From Kluyvera sp. (lineage in GTDB: Bacteria > Pseudomonadota > Gammaproteobacteria > Enterobacterales > Enterobacteriaceae): a DNA stretch of 43,988 nt. Below the pieces are notes generated by a model, which was not told where the DNA came from, made no database searches, and saw only the letters and a program-made list of their open reading frames with translations. The number at the start of each line of letters is the position of its first letter. Position 1 is the first letter of the stretch. The DNA lies in NCBI GenBank assembly GCA_051656825.1, contig JBOFJM010000711.1:1-43988 (forward strand), in the 5' to 3' direction. Positions 1-10,029 of this stretch are shown here, piece by piece. Both the position numbers and the translations under genes were made by a program.

Positions 1-608
1 CGGCTACTGAACAGGATCACGCCAAGAGAACCGTCGCTGCCCATCATCGACATCGCCACCGACCCTACCGCTTTCGCCTCGGGCAACACCAATAACAGCT
101 CCGGCCCGTTCAACGTACCCAGATAGTGGTTAGCCTGGCCTAAGCGCTGAATGCGTAGCGGTTCAAACGCCTGACGCGAGAGCACAAGATCGGTGTATTT
201 CGAGGGAGCGCCAAGACGCCAGCGGTCAGAGAACAGGCGTATCGATGCCCCCGCCAGCCCCAGCTCGCGCGCCCAGCGGTGAAACCGCAGCAGGAGGTCG
301 TCCAGGCTTTCAGCACAGGCCAGCCGGTTTTGCAGGTTCAGCAGGCGGTAAAACAGCCCTTCGTTGGCCGTCGCCTGCTCCATCAGTTGGCCTACGTTCT
401 CTTCCAACATGGCGATATAGTTGCGCGAGCGCGCCATGTGCCACTCAACCAGCGACACCATTCCCCGCACCGGGTGGGGAACGCGCATTTGCTCGACAAC
501 GGCAGCATTACGAATAAAGAATTCAGGATGTTGCAGCAGATATTCCACCACCGCGCTGTCGTCCAGCGTGGTCATAGCATCCTGCTGTTCTTCCCCGATG
601 TGTTTCAT
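1..608 (-). CDS. yigA: DUF484 family protein YigA (3' end outside window)
   Basis: Manual translation from ATG at 608 gives [34 protein letters not shown]...[14 protein letters not shown]. The start overlaps the dapF stop (ATGA). Matches the dapF-yigA-xerC synteny. Confidence 0.9.
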   Translation of the reverse strand, partial: MKHIGEEQQDAMTTLDDSAVVEYLLQHPEFFIRNAAVVEQMRVPHPVRGMVSLVEWHMARSRNYIAMLEENVGQLMEQATANEGLFYRLLNLQNRLACAESLDDLLLRFHRWARELGLAGASIRLFSDRWRLGAPSKYTDLVLSRQAFEPLRIQRLGQANHYLGTLNGPELLLVLPEAKAVGSVAMSMMGSDGSLGVILFSS

Positions 609-1429
609 AGGTGCATAAATCCGTCATAGACATGTGCCGCCGGGCCAGTCATAAACAACGGTTGGCCCGGTCCTTTCCAGGCGATATCAAGACGCCCGCC
701 CGGCAACTCCACGCGCACTTCCTCTGCCAGTAAACCTTGCAGAATACCAACAGCAACCGCCGCGCACGCGCCACTGCCGCAGGCCTGCGTTTCACCCGCG
801 CCGCGCTCATAAACACGCAGACGGATGTGATCGCGTTTTACAACCTGCATAAAACCAATGTTAGCGCGTTCCGGGAAACGTTCATGGCTTTCCATCACCG
901 GCCCGAGTGTTTCTACCGCCGCCGTGTCTATATCATCAACCTGGATAACGCAGTGCGGGTTTCCCATCGACACCACGCCGCACAATATTGTCTGTTCAGA
1001 CACGCGCATGATATAGGTCTTTTCCGCTTTGTTAGCGCGGAACGGTACCTGCGACGGCTCAAAGTTCGGCTCGCCCATATTCACGCACACCAGTTCATCG
1101 TCGGTTACGCTTAATACCATGCGACCGTTCGCGGTACTGACACGGATGTCACGTTTATTGGTCAGGCCTTTCAGACGCACGAAGCGCGCAAAACAGCGCG
1201 CGCCGTTACCGCACTGGGACACTTCACTGCCATCGGCGTTGAAGATGCGATAGTGAAAATCCAGGTCGGGATCGTATGGCGGCTCAACAACCAGGAGCTG
1301 ATCGAACCCCACGCCCAAATGCCTGTCCGCCAGACGGCGTATCAGCTCCGGGGAGAAAAAAACATTCTGCGTTACCGCGTCGACAACCATGAAATCGTTG
1401 CCGAGGCCATGCATTTTAGAGAACTGCAT
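605..1429 (-). CDS. dapF: Diaminopimelate epimerase
   Basis: 274 aa; [16 protein letters not shown] and ACGSGACA catalytic Cys motifs. Confidence 0.98.
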   Translation of the reverse strand: MQFSKMHGLGNDFMVVDAVTQNVFFSPELIRRLADRHLGVGFDQLLVVEPPYDPDLDFHYRIFNADGSEVSQCGNGARCFARFVRLKGLTNKRDIRVSTANGRMVLSVTDDELVCVNMGEPNFEPSQVPFRANKAEKTYIMRVSEQTILCGVVSMGNPHCVIQVDDIDTAAVETLGPVMESHERFPERANIGFMQVVKRDHIRLRVYERGAGETQACGSGACAAVAVGILQGLLAEEVRVELPGGRLDIAWKGPGQPLFMTGPAAHVYDGFMHL

Positions 1430-1462
1430 TATCTACTCCAGTTGCGCGGAACAGAACGTGTA

Positions 1463-1666
1463 TTAGTAGTTAACCTGTGTCGGGCCACCGTTATCACCAC
1501 GGTCATTACGATCCGGAGTCTCGTTCTGAACAGGGTTGGTCACGGGTTTGGTCGGCGGAGCCGCCGTTTTATCTGCCGGAGGAAAATATAGTGGGCCTTT
1601 CAGGCCGCAGCCAGCAAGGCTAAACAATGCAAGCAACAGCGCCAGCGGTCGAAAAATCTTATTCAT
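1463..1666 (-). CDS. lptM: Small outer-membrane lipoprotein LptM/YifL
   Basis: 67 aa; lipobox LAGC followed by GLKGPLYFP; lies between cyaY and dapF. Confidence 0.93.
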   Translation of the reverse strand: MNKIFRPLALLLALFSLAGCGLKGPLYFPPADKTAAPPTKPVTNPVQNETPDRNDRGDNGGPTQVNY

Positions 1667-1806
1667 TATTAAGATGCCTGTAGTTCAATGCTTTCTATAT
1701 TTCTATCATCGCAGGAGAAGGCGCAAAAGCAAGCGTTAAGCGCCTGACTGCAACGTGATTTGTTTCACGCTATACTGCCGTCATCACTAAATAGCGGGAT
1801 AAAACA

Positions 1807-2127
1807 ATGAACGACAGTGAATTTCATCGCCTGGCAGACACCCTGTGGCTGGCCATCGAAGAACGTTTGGACGACTGGGACGGCGACAGCGATATCGACT
1901 GCGAAATCAACGGCGGCGTGCTGACCATTAGCTTTGAGAACGGCAGCAAAATCATCATCAACCGCCAGGAACCGCTGCACCAGGTGTGGCTGGCAACCAA
2001 ACAGGGCGGCTACCACTTTGATCTGAAAGGCGACGAGTGGGTTTGCGATCGCAGCGGCGAAACGTTCTGGGATTTACTGGAACAAGCGGCAACGCAGCAA
2101 GCGGGTGAAACAGTGAGTTTCCGCTAA
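1807..2127 (+). CDS. cyaY: Frataxin CyaY, iron donor for Fe-S assembly
   Basis: 106 aa; [11 protein letters not shown]...[13 protein letters not shown]. Confidence 0.98.
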   Translation: MNDSEFHRLADTLWLAIEERLDDWDGDSDIDCEINGGVLTISFENGSKIIINRQEPLHQVWLATKQGGYHFDLKGDEWVCDRSGETFWDLLEQAATQQAGETVSFR

Positions 2128-2133
2128 GACTTT

Positions 2134-2166
2134 TGCCGGATGGCGGCTTCGCCTTATCCGCCCTAC
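2134..2166 (+). repeat. REP palindromic unit
   Basis: tgccggatggcggcttcgccttatccgccctac matches the enterobacterial REP consensus; immediately after the cyaY stop. Confidence 0.85.
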
Positions 2167-2213
2167 ACGTTTGAGAGCCAATAGAGCGAAAACTCACGCT
2201 AAGAGATGATGGT

Positions 2214-2237
2214 AAAGGATCCACGCATGGATCCTTT
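2214..2237. terminator. Probable bidirectional intrinsic terminator
   Basis: Perfect hairpin AAAGGATCCA-cgca-TGGATCCTTT with T runs on both strands, between converging cyaY and the insert genes. Confidence 0.6.
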
Positions 2238-2498
2238 TGTTTGTCTAAATGAGTCTAAACTAAATCAGGTCTATGATAAATTTTGACCCCAGTCAGTTTT
2301 TTTATTTTTCCGGTAGACCCATTTCGACTGTTTCTGGGATTGAGGTCCAATGGAACGGAAACGTACGTTAAGACGATAATTTATTGTTTATATTTTATTT
2401 TAGCAGGTGAGCCTCTATCAACGCCGCAGTGTCTTACTACCGTCACTGACAGAAGATGTTATGCTCAGCCGGTTCCTCTGAATCTTCAAAAGTTCCGA

Positions 2499-3604
2499 TT
2501 ATAAGGGAATGTTTTCCTCTCTGGATTTCCATCCACTTTTTATTGATTTTATATGGCGTAACCCCGTAATCGAGTAAGTGCCAAGTATATTTAAATCTTT
2601 CGGTGAACTAATAGTCATTAGCTCACCACGACCAAAATAGCTTTCAACAGAACCGATGAAACACGTCTCGTTCAACCAAACAGGGATAACTGCGACAGGT
2701 TGAGTGACATAACTTCCAGCAATTTCAGTTCTATAATGCGCTGCATCTTCAGATGATGTACCTGCTGGGATTGGGCAAATAGGCTCTTGTTCCTGTTCTT
2801 CTTTTTGCTTATTGAAATAATACTTCTTAGTATTGAGTGATTTAATTAACTGTTTTTTGTCGTGATCGTTTAATGCTGGATTTAACTGTTTTCCTTCGTC
2901 TTGCGGTCCAATCGAGGAGTTATCGTATTCGTACTGATAATAAATGGTTATACTTGGTATTTTATTGTCTGTATTAAATGGCCGCAACAAATAAAGGGTA
3001 TCTTCATCATATTCACCATTAAACCAAAGTGCATAGACTTGGTCATTAATGCGAACCCACTGCCCCCACTGATTGGCTCCGCGCCCATTTTCTGAATATA
3101 GAGCACCTGTTATAGCCTGAGTGTCATTTTCAGCATTGTTATTTATATCGACGAATTTATCACCAATCCGTTTTAGAACCCCCGTATAACTAAATAATCC
3201 AGTTCCTCCTGAGTAGCTACTAATTATGAGATCTCGCTCTCCGTCACCATCAAGATCAACAAGTTTGCAATTAACCTCTCCATTTTCCGAGTCAGCACTG
3301 AACGCTGTGTTGATAAAAGCCTGCCATTCATCATTACTAATTTTAGTAGAAGGCTTTTTGATTTTTTTATTGATACTTCAGTGTTGATTGAAAAGTCAGT
3401 GTGGTTTGTTAATGGGAATTTATCTGCTATTTTTTCCAGCCCTTGTTTTGGTTCATTTTGAAGCATCTCTGCCACGGTATTATGAAGTAATGTCAATGCC
3501 GAATTGTCAGGCTCTACATCATGTTGGCTACGTAGTTGAGCAGCGAAAAGTGGAGAGGCGATGAAGAATATTAAAATTGGAAATAATAGAAATCTGTTCA
3601 TCAT
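2499..3604 (-). pseudogene. Frameshifted (or -1 recoded) secreted protein, putative immunity protein; about 368 aa if restored
   Basis: ORF 3224..3604 has a Sec signal peptide (MMNRFLLFPILIFFIASPLFA). The -1 frame is open from 3377 to 2499 (PSTKISNDEWQAF...DLDGDGERDLII...YLLRPFNTDNK...) and includes the tracked ORF 2499..2990. One extra A in the A7 run (3362..3368) joins the two. The start overlaps the upstream gene stop (ATGA). Confidence 0.8.
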
Positions 3605-5799
3605 CCCCTCCTTAACTGGTTTGATTCAGGTTTTTCAACTATTGCATTGCCATTGTTGTCTGGGAATTTTTGCTCAGTGAGTACTGAAATAGCACAGCCG
3701 TATACGCAGCAGCGATCATTGAATCCATTGAGGGCCGTTGAGTATAGAGTGTTTATTCTTCCAGGTAGATTAACTGAAGCACTGGCCTTCCAGAAGGCAG
3801 GACTACGGTAGTATATTTTTATTCTGGAGTTTGTATTTACGCTACATCTTTCAAGCTCATGTTCTGCATCTGAATGATAAGCCATACAAGCCGAAACCCA
3901 ATAAAAACCGGCACTGCCAACGACGTCATAATCGTTACTACTAACGTTATTTCTCCACGTAATAATATCATGAGGAATATCATTTTCTGTATCTGACAGA
4001 TGATTGTCTGTTTGTCTGATATTTCTGTTTGCATACAGCCGATTGTATTCGGCAGATAATCTATTTTTTATATCATTAGTGTATGTGAGGCCACGAAAAC
4101 TAAAGTAGTCAAAGTAGTTGTCTGGGCTGGTTAGTTGTAATAACCCTCGCCCATGCCATGGATAATACCAAATTTGTCGGCTTCCAACCTCTTCTCTTTG
4201 GGATAACCATTGAGTTTCCTGTATTGCATTTCCAAGGAAGCAGGCAATACGCAGAGGTGTATTGATCAGATATTTTTGCATTCCCTTATTCAGATGAATA
4301 CGAATGCTATCAGCCATACTTCCAGTCACATCTCTATAGACTATTGGTTCCCAGAGATAACTATTACGACGAGCCATTCTTATCACATTCAGGGGAATAA
4401 GTTGTTTTAGCTCCTGCTTACTTATCCAACAGCACTTGCGGAAATGGGCAATAAAAGCCGTCGGATGAAAATGCCACATCCTACTTGTACCGAGTTCGCC
4501 CGTGTCAAAACACAGCGCCGAAGCATGACTTTTCAGCCGGTCAAAGTCTTCTTCTGACATGGCAAGGGCATCATTAGCACCCGTTTTCAGCCAGGCATAG
4601 CGCTGGTCAAAGGTGGACATATTCCATTCCAGCGGGAAATGACAGACCAGACGGTTGCTCAGGTCGTGGAGATGCCCGCTTTCCTGCAATCCGGCGATAA
4701 AGGGGGAGTTACACTGGCTGTTATTGTCCGTGTCATCGTCCACCATCCGCCACCCCGTCCAGTGTGGGAAGTCGGCATCGCTGAATTTATTGATATCGGA
4801 AGAGGCCAGGTTGACCATTCCCATACCGCCGGGAAAGCTGACGGTACGCCACAGCGGGGCATCGGCAGGTGTCAGGGTTTCATGTCCGGTATTAATTACC
4901 CGGCCGAAGCGGAGCAGTTCGAAACCGGCAGAGGGATTCTGCGGGTACAGGCGCTTGGCTGTCCTGTACAAATTGTATTCATACTTTGTTGGTGTATCTT
5001 GACCATTATCAAGCTGGCTAGCGTCGGTATTTACCAGCGGCTCCCCTACCATATCGAAGAGTCCCACCGTCGTGGCGTTCCGTCTACGGGTAACCATCGT
5101 GCAGTCCCCTTTTTCGAAGGTCATGCTGACGAACAGCGGCTCTGCGCTGATATGAACGGGATTCAGGTGGCCTGTGTCCGGCGATCGCAAGTTGGGCACA
5201 GTGGTATAAAAGCGTGTTCCGGGAGGCAAATAAAAATGGATATCGCCATAAACAGTATCGGTTCTGCCGTCACTACTGATATCCAGTTCTGGTGTAGTGC
5301 GTCCGGTCAGTTTCAGCATATTTTCGTTGTCACAGAACACCTGAAAGTGAAAGGCATTCGTTTCGTCCACCATGCCACATAGTCCGATGGGGTCCTTGCG
5401 CCAGACTTTAGCTCCATCGCTAATTGAGGGATCCAGTCGATCCCAGAGATGCATGTACAGGGAGTAATACACGACACTACAGTTTTCCCCAATATCGGTT
5501 TCATGCTTCAGCAGCACGTACCCATCATCAGTTCTGCCATTGTAATTCAGCGGAAAGGTGTCACGCTTTTCCTGGGCAGAAGGCCTGCGAAAAGAGACGA
5601 CCACACCATCAGCAATTGCCCGAACCATTTCCGAGTGACGCCCCGTGTCGGTATATGTGATATGTACACCACCATGCCAGGAGGCACGGGCATTGAGCGG
5701 GAAACTACGGCGAACATCTACGGGTATCATACTGTTCACCCATGACGCGTCACTCTCTCCGACATTTCTGGTTCGGATAAACGGTGGACTAATTATCAT
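3601..5799 (-). CDS. Putative T6SS-type polymorphic effector: WHIX-like (degenerate M23-like) N-terminal region plus GH19/lysozyme-like peptidoglycan hydrolase C-terminal domain
   Basis: 732 aa. N-terminal MIISPPF, WHGGVH (5662..5679), SLYMHL and WHFHP (4462..4476). C-terminal RIACFLGNAIQET...WHGRGLLQLT..DNY fits the GH19 pattern. AGGAAG RBS; no signal peptide. Confidence 0.75.
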   Translation of the reverse strand: MIISPPFIRTRNVGESDASWVNSMIPVDVRRSFPLNARASWHGGVHITYTDTGRHSEMVRAIADGVVVSFRRPSAQEKRDTFPLNYNGRTDDGYVLLKHETDIGENCSVVYYSLYMHLWDRLDPSISDGAKVWRKDPIGLCGMVDETNAFHFQVFCDNENMLKLTGRTTPELDISSDGRTDTVYGDIHFYLPPGTRFYTTVPNLRSPDTGHLNPVHISAEPLFVSMTFEKGDCTMVTRRRNATTVGLFDMVGEPLVNTDASQLDNGQDTPTKYEYNLYRTAKRLYPQNPSAGFELLRFGRVINTGHETLTPADAPLWRTVSFPGGMGMVNLASSDINKFSDADFPHWTGWRMVDDDTDNNSQCNSPFIAGLQESGHLHDLSNRLVCHFPLEWNMSTFDQRYAWLKTGANDALAMSEEDFDRLKSHASALCFDTGELGTSRMWHFHPTAFIAHFRKCCWISKQELKQLIPLNVIRMARRNSYLWEPIVYRDVTGSMADSIRIHLNKGMQKYLINTPLRIACFLGNAIQETQWLSQREEVGSRQIWYYPWHGRGLLQLTSPDNYFDYFSFRGLTYTNDIKNRLSAEYNRLYANRNIRQTDNHLSDTENDIPHDIITWRNNVSSNDYDVVGSAGFYWVSACMAYHSDAEHELERCSVNTNSRIKIYYRSPAFWKASASVNLPGRINTLYSTALNGFNDRCCVYGCAISVLTEQKFPDNNGNAIVEKPESNQLRRG

Positions 5800-6137
5800 G
5801 CTGACTTCCTGTCTGAATATGCAGAATTTATAAAAGTGCAGAAGGGCGCAATTTGATTTAAATAAACGCGATGCACTGGCAAAGAAAACGTGAAATATTT
5901 ACGCTTCACCAGATATTTTATAGACCGTGGAACGTGCTATTTCAGACGCACCTAAACCCTACCATCTTAAAGCCAGCACTTGTTCCCTGTTTATTTGTTC
6001 GTTTACGGACAAAGCGGACGCCTTGCTGTTTTGCAGGCTGCCTTCATTGGGGGCGCTATATCCGCTCAATTGTATTGATGATGAAGATTATCGTCGGCAG
6101 GGCCTGATGCAGTTCAGCCGGGGAGAAAGCCGCCATG

Positions 6138-6168
6138 CTGCGGCGCGGGTGATCTGAAAGCGCCGCAG
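6138..6168. other. GC-rich inverted repeat just downstream of cyaA (no U-tract)
   Basis: CTGCGGCGC-13 nt-GCGCCGCAG. Confidence 0.45.
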
Positions 6169-6179
6169 GGTAAGGGAAA

Positions 6180-8726
6180 TTAAGAGAAATACTGCTGCAA
6201 CAGCGGCGCGTTATTGTCGTGATTAGACGGCGGCGGTGTGCTAATTGCCTGGCTACGGAACGGAATCACCTGTGAGCGACCATCAACCGTCACAATTTGG
6301 TAAAACTGCGGCAGGTTAAAGTTGATAAAACTGGAGCCGTAGGTGAAGCGGTCGTGCGACGATGAGTAGAAACGGCTGACGTCACGCACCAGTTCCTCTT
6401 TGCTGCCCTCGCAGTGGTGATACACCTCCGCGCGGTTGCTCTCATCGAGAATGTAGATATTAAAGCCCTGATCTTCGCCCGACTCTTCAAAGAAGAATTG
6501 AATAATCCCTTCGCTGGCAAAACCATCGACCACCTGCGGCAGCTCGACGTGGTTAGTCTCAACCTGCACCGACAAGCCATGCAGTTTGTTGTGCGAAATC
6601 GCGCCGTAGAATTCGATGGCGTTTTCTAGCTTTTGCACCGACACATTCAAGCGTTCAAAGAACAGGCCCCAGGTTTGCCCGGAGACACGCAGCGCTTTAA
6701 AGCGCCCGGTTTCCTGGCGAGTGCTGGAAAGGCGCAGCTCAATGCACTCTGACACCAGTTGCTGTACGCGAGTACGAATCAGCCCGCGCAAATGCTGGCT
6801 ATAGCAGAACACTTCGACGCTATCCGGCGGTGCGGCGTCCTGGTGCATTTTGCCCAGAATCGTTTTCAGCGCTTCAATCATTGCCTGTTCGCCGTTGAAG
6901 TGCAGCGTACGCACTTCGTTCCACGAGTTGCGATACAGCAGGTCAACGCTGCCCACCAGGCATTTTTGATCTTCACCGAAGCTAAAGATATCAAGCTTAC
7001 GGAAATCGAAATGCACCACCTGGTTGCGGAACGCCACCGTTGGGTCATATTCCAGATTGACGATAATCGCCAGATGGCGAATTTCGCACGGGCTGTACAA
7101 CGCTTTCGGCGTCGGCGCAGGCAGGCGCCGCGGGAAGTGATGCGAGACATCAGCCACCATCTCTTGCAGCTTGGCTAAATCGACAATGCCGTTGCCTTTA
7201 ATAAACAGATGTGTGCGCGATGTCAGCAGACCGTTAAACCACGCCCAGGCCACCAGCTTATTAAGATAGCGGTTATATTCCAGCGGCTGATGGCTGATTA
7301 TCGACTCCATGTTCGGCGCACGGTTGTAAAGATACCAACCCGTACGGTTGGCGCGCCCAGGCGGAACATAGATAAAGGTCAAATTCGGCTCGGAAAGATC
7401 CGGCGAAATTTGCGGGTTCACCAGCGTGACTTTACCCGGCAGTGCTTCGAATGCCGCGTACAGTTTACGCGTCAGCACGCCGATATCCTGCGGACTAGCC
7501 GAAACACTCAGGTTGTTGCGACGGGCGAAACGAATCAGGTTACGGTAGCTCTGCATCATCGCATCGAGCAGTTCGTTATGCGCTTCGCGCACCTGGTCGA
7601 TTTTCCAGTTGGCGCGGTTGTCGAGCATTGCCAGGCGCTCTTCGCTCCAGCCCCACTCTTTCACCAGTTGCCCAACGATTTCACGACGCCAGCCAACGCA
7701 GGCGCGTTCACGACTGAGCTTTTCGCACACTTTGAGGTAGAAACAGCGGCGCACGAGGTCAAGACGCGTTTCGTCTTCAATCGCTTTGAGATATTCGGTC
7801 ACGCGTTCGAGCATCATGCAGTAAGCATCAAGCCCGAAAGAGACTATTTCACCATCGTGCAGGCGTTGTTTGATGTCTTTCGCCAGCAGATGGGTGTTGG
7901 GATATTCCCACGAGTAGGCTTCCAGCAGCAGCGTTTTGAGCACGGCTTTATACGGCGAGTCGATGCTTTTATAGAGCTGCCACAGGCTTGCGCCAAAGTA
8001 TTCTTCGGCGGAGAGCGAGCTCAATCCACCGAGGTCGAGCCATTCGTTCGGCGTCAGCACGCCCTGCGCGTAAAGCGTCATCACGTAATCGTCGTAATGA
8101 TCTTCTTCCTCGCACGGCACCATATTCCACAGAATACGTTTGCCCGCCAGACGCACCGCCGAACGGTAAAATTCATCAAGCAGTAAAATATGTTGCGTTG
8201 AACCGCAATCTTCCCCGCCTAAACTGCCACTCTCATTATGGCGGAAACGGTTTTCGTCAATCAGGAAGAAGCTTACTTCAACGCCCAGCGACGCCGCCCA
8301 GCTTTCCAGCAGGCTACATTTGCGCTGTAACAATTGGCGTTCGTCATTGTCGAGCCACGACTGGTGGCACACCCAGATATCGAGATCGGAAGAACAGCTT
8401 TGGCCGACGGACGAGGTACTGCCCATCGTGTAGAGGCCGGTAATCGGCAGCTCGCCCTTCGCTGTAGGCTGCGGCGGCATTCCACGGTGCAGCTCAAGCT
8501 CATCAAGGTAATGACGTTGGGTTTCATCAGGCGTGTAGAGGCAGATGCCCTTGGGAACGTTACCGTCAAGGTAACCAGGCATCAGCGGATGATGATAATG
8601 TAATAATGTCGGTAGTAGACTGTAAACCTGCTGGAAAGCAGGCCCCATGGCTGCAAGCGCGCGATCGACACGCAGTTGGTTTATGGCATCCAGTCTCTGT
8701 TTAAGCGTCTCAATATAGAGGTACAA
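6180..8726 (-). CDS. cyaA: Class I adenylate cyclase
   Basis: TTG start at 8726 gives [19 protein letters not shown], 848 aa; SDLDIW motif. Confidence 0.98.
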   Translation of the reverse strand: MYLYIETLKQRLDAINQLRVDRALAAMGPAFQQVYSLLPTLLHYHHPLMPGYLDGNVPKGICLYTPDETQRHYLDELELHRGMPPQPTAKGELPITGLYTMGSTSSVGQSCSSDLDIWVCHQSWLDNDERQLLQRKCSLLESWAASLGVEVSFFLIDENRFRHNESGSLGGEDCGSTQHILLLDEFYRSAVRLAGKRILWNMVPCEEEDHYDDYVMTLYAQGVLTPNEWLDLGGLSSLSAEEYFGASLWQLYKSIDSPYKAVLKTLLLEAYSWEYPNTHLLAKDIKQRLHDGEIVSFGLDAYCMMLERVTEYLKAIEDETRLDLVRRCFYLKVCEKLSRERACVGWRREIVGQLVKEWGWSEERLAMLDNRANWKIDQVREAHNELLDAMMQSYRNLIRFARRNNLSVSASPQDIGVLTRKLYAAFEALPGKVTLVNPQISPDLSEPNLTFIYVPPGRANRTGWYLYNRAPNMESIISHQPLEYNRYLNKLVAWAWFNGLLTSRTHLFIKGNGIVDLAKLQEMVADVSHHFPRRLPAPTPKALYSPCEIRHLAIIVNLEYDPTVAFRNQVVHFDFRKLDIFSFGEDQKCLVGSVDLLYRNSWNEVRTLHFNGEQAMIEALKTILGKMHQDAAPPDSVEVFCYSQHLRGLIRTRVQQLVSECIELRLSSTRQETGRFKALRVSGQTWGLFFERLNVSVQKLENAIEFYGAISHNKLHGLSVQVETNHVELPQVVDGFASEGIIQFFFEESGEDQGFNIYILDESNRAEVYHHCEGSKEELVRDVSRFYSSSHDRFTYGSSFINFNLPQFYQIVTVDGRSQVIPFRSQAISTPPPSNHDNNAPLLQQYFS

Positions 8727-8865
8727 GACATATCGCCTGATGTTCAAAACCGCGACGTATCATAGTGATGCAGATACGGTGGCTTTTAATATTTCAACAA
8801 GAAGAACCGTTACCGTTCACCGTCCGCCATTGTGATAGTGAAAATATCGGACGAGAAATGGTCTA

Positions 8866-8887
8866 AAACGTGATCAATTTAACACCT
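8866..8887. promoter_or_regulatory. CRP-binding site at the cyaA promoter
   Basis: aaacGTGAtcaattTAACAcct; the reverse complement AGGTGTTAAATTGATCACGTTT matches the E. coli cyaP2 CRP box as recalled. Confidence 0.8.
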
Positions 8888-9087
8888 TGCCGGTTGACCG
8901 TAAAGAATGTTGCACTACAACAAGTGTAGCATCGATTGTTCCTGTAAATCCCAGCATACGATCAAGACAGTGCCAGTAATGAACGGCAAACACAACTCAT
9001 TTGCACATCTTGTGAACACGGTGAAAACTAACATCATGAAGTCAACAATGTTAGGATGGTCAACGGACGATAATGACGGTAACAAGC

Positions 9088-10029
9088 ATGTTAGACAAAG
9101 TTTTGAGAATTGCCACACGCCAAAGCCCGCTCGCACTCTGGCAAGCACACTATGTAAAAGAACGGCTGATGGCCTGCCATCCGGGGCTTACGGTGACACT
9201 TGTCCCGATGGTGACCCGAGGCGACGTTATCCTTGATACCCCGCTGGCAAAAGTGGGTGGTAAGGGGTTGTTTGTCAAAGAGCTTGAGCTTGCGTTGCTT
9301 GAAAACCGCGCGGATATCGCCGTGCATTCAATGAAAGATGTGCCGGTTGAGTTCCCGGAAGGTTTGGGGCTAGTGACCATTTGCGAGCGCGAAGATCCGC
9401 GCGACGCCTTCGTTTCTAATCATTATGCCTGCATGGATGACCTTCCGGCAGGTAGCATCGTGGGCACTTCCAGCCTGCGCCGCCAGTGCCAAATTGCCCA
9501 GCGCCGCCCGGATCTGGTCATTCGCTCGCTGCGCGGTAACGTTGGCACACGCCTGAGCAAACTTGATAACGGTGACTATGACGCCATTATCCTGGCGGTT
9601 GCGGGCTTGAAACGCCTTGAGCTGGACGCCCGTATTCGCCAGCCAATGTCGCCAGAAGAATCGCTCCCAGCCGTAGGCCAGGGTGCGGTGGGCATTGAGT
9701 GCCGTCTCGACGACGAACAAACCCGCGCGCTGCTTGCACCGCTGAATCACGACCACACCGCCATACGCGTTCGCGCCGAGCGCGCCATGAACACGCGCCT
9801 GGAAGGCGGTTGCCAGGTGCCAATCGGCAGTTATGCCGAGCTGAACAACGGCGAGCTATGGTTACGCGCGCTGGTTGGCGCTCCGGACGGCAGCGAAATG
9901 GTTCGCGGCGAGCGTCGCGGCAAGCCGGAAGATGCCGAACGCATGGGCATTGAGCTGGCCGATGAGCTGCTCGACAACGGTGCGCGCGCCATTCTGGCTG
10001 CCGTTTATAATGGAGATGCCAACGTATGA
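9088..10029 (+). CDS. hemC: Hydroxymethylbilane synthase (porphobilinogen deaminase)
   Basis: [34 protein letters not shown]; 313 aa from ATG 9088. Confidence 0.98.
   Translation: MLDKVLRIATRQSPLALWQAHYVKERLMACHPGLTVTLVPMVTRGDVILDTPLAKVGGKGLFVKELELALLENRADIAVHSMKDVPVEFPEGLGLVTICEREDPRDAFVSNHYACMDDLPAGSIVGTSSLRRQCQIAQRRPDLVIRSLRGNVGTRLSKLDNGDYDAIILAVAGLKRLELDARIRQPMSPEESLPAVGQGAVGIECRLDDEQTRALLAPLNHDHTAIRVRAERAMNTRLEGGCQVPIGSYAELNNGELWLRALVGAPDGSEMVRGERRGKPEDAERMGIELADELLDNGARAILAAVYNGDANV

Noticed and set aside
245..629. Plus-strand ORFs 245..517, 279..629 and 421..618
   Set aside because: Antisense shadows of yigA, which is the real gene on the minus strand.
2281..2296. accccagtca resembles the ERIC core or an IS end
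   Set aside because: Only about 10 bp match, with no partner repeat or transposase; consistent with chance.
2283..2504. 73-aa plus-strand ORF in the insert
   Set aside because: TTG start, no RBS, no recognisable motif.
4639..5382. 247-aa plus-strand ORF
   Set aside because: Antisense to the 732-aa gene, with no recognisable features.
3601..5799. Interpretation as an active M23 peptidase, phage endolysin or chitinase
   Set aside because: The M23 HxxxD/HxH ligands are altered (HGGVH, YMH). There are no holin or phage genes, no signal peptide and no chitin-binding domain, and a coupled periplasmic partner fits an effector/immunity pair better.
7209..8186. 325-aa ORF antisense to cyaA (similar long ORFs oppose wecE, wecC, rho, rhlB, rep, ilvC and fabV)
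   Set aside because: Typical stop-poor antisense frames of codon-biased genes; no independent coding evidence.
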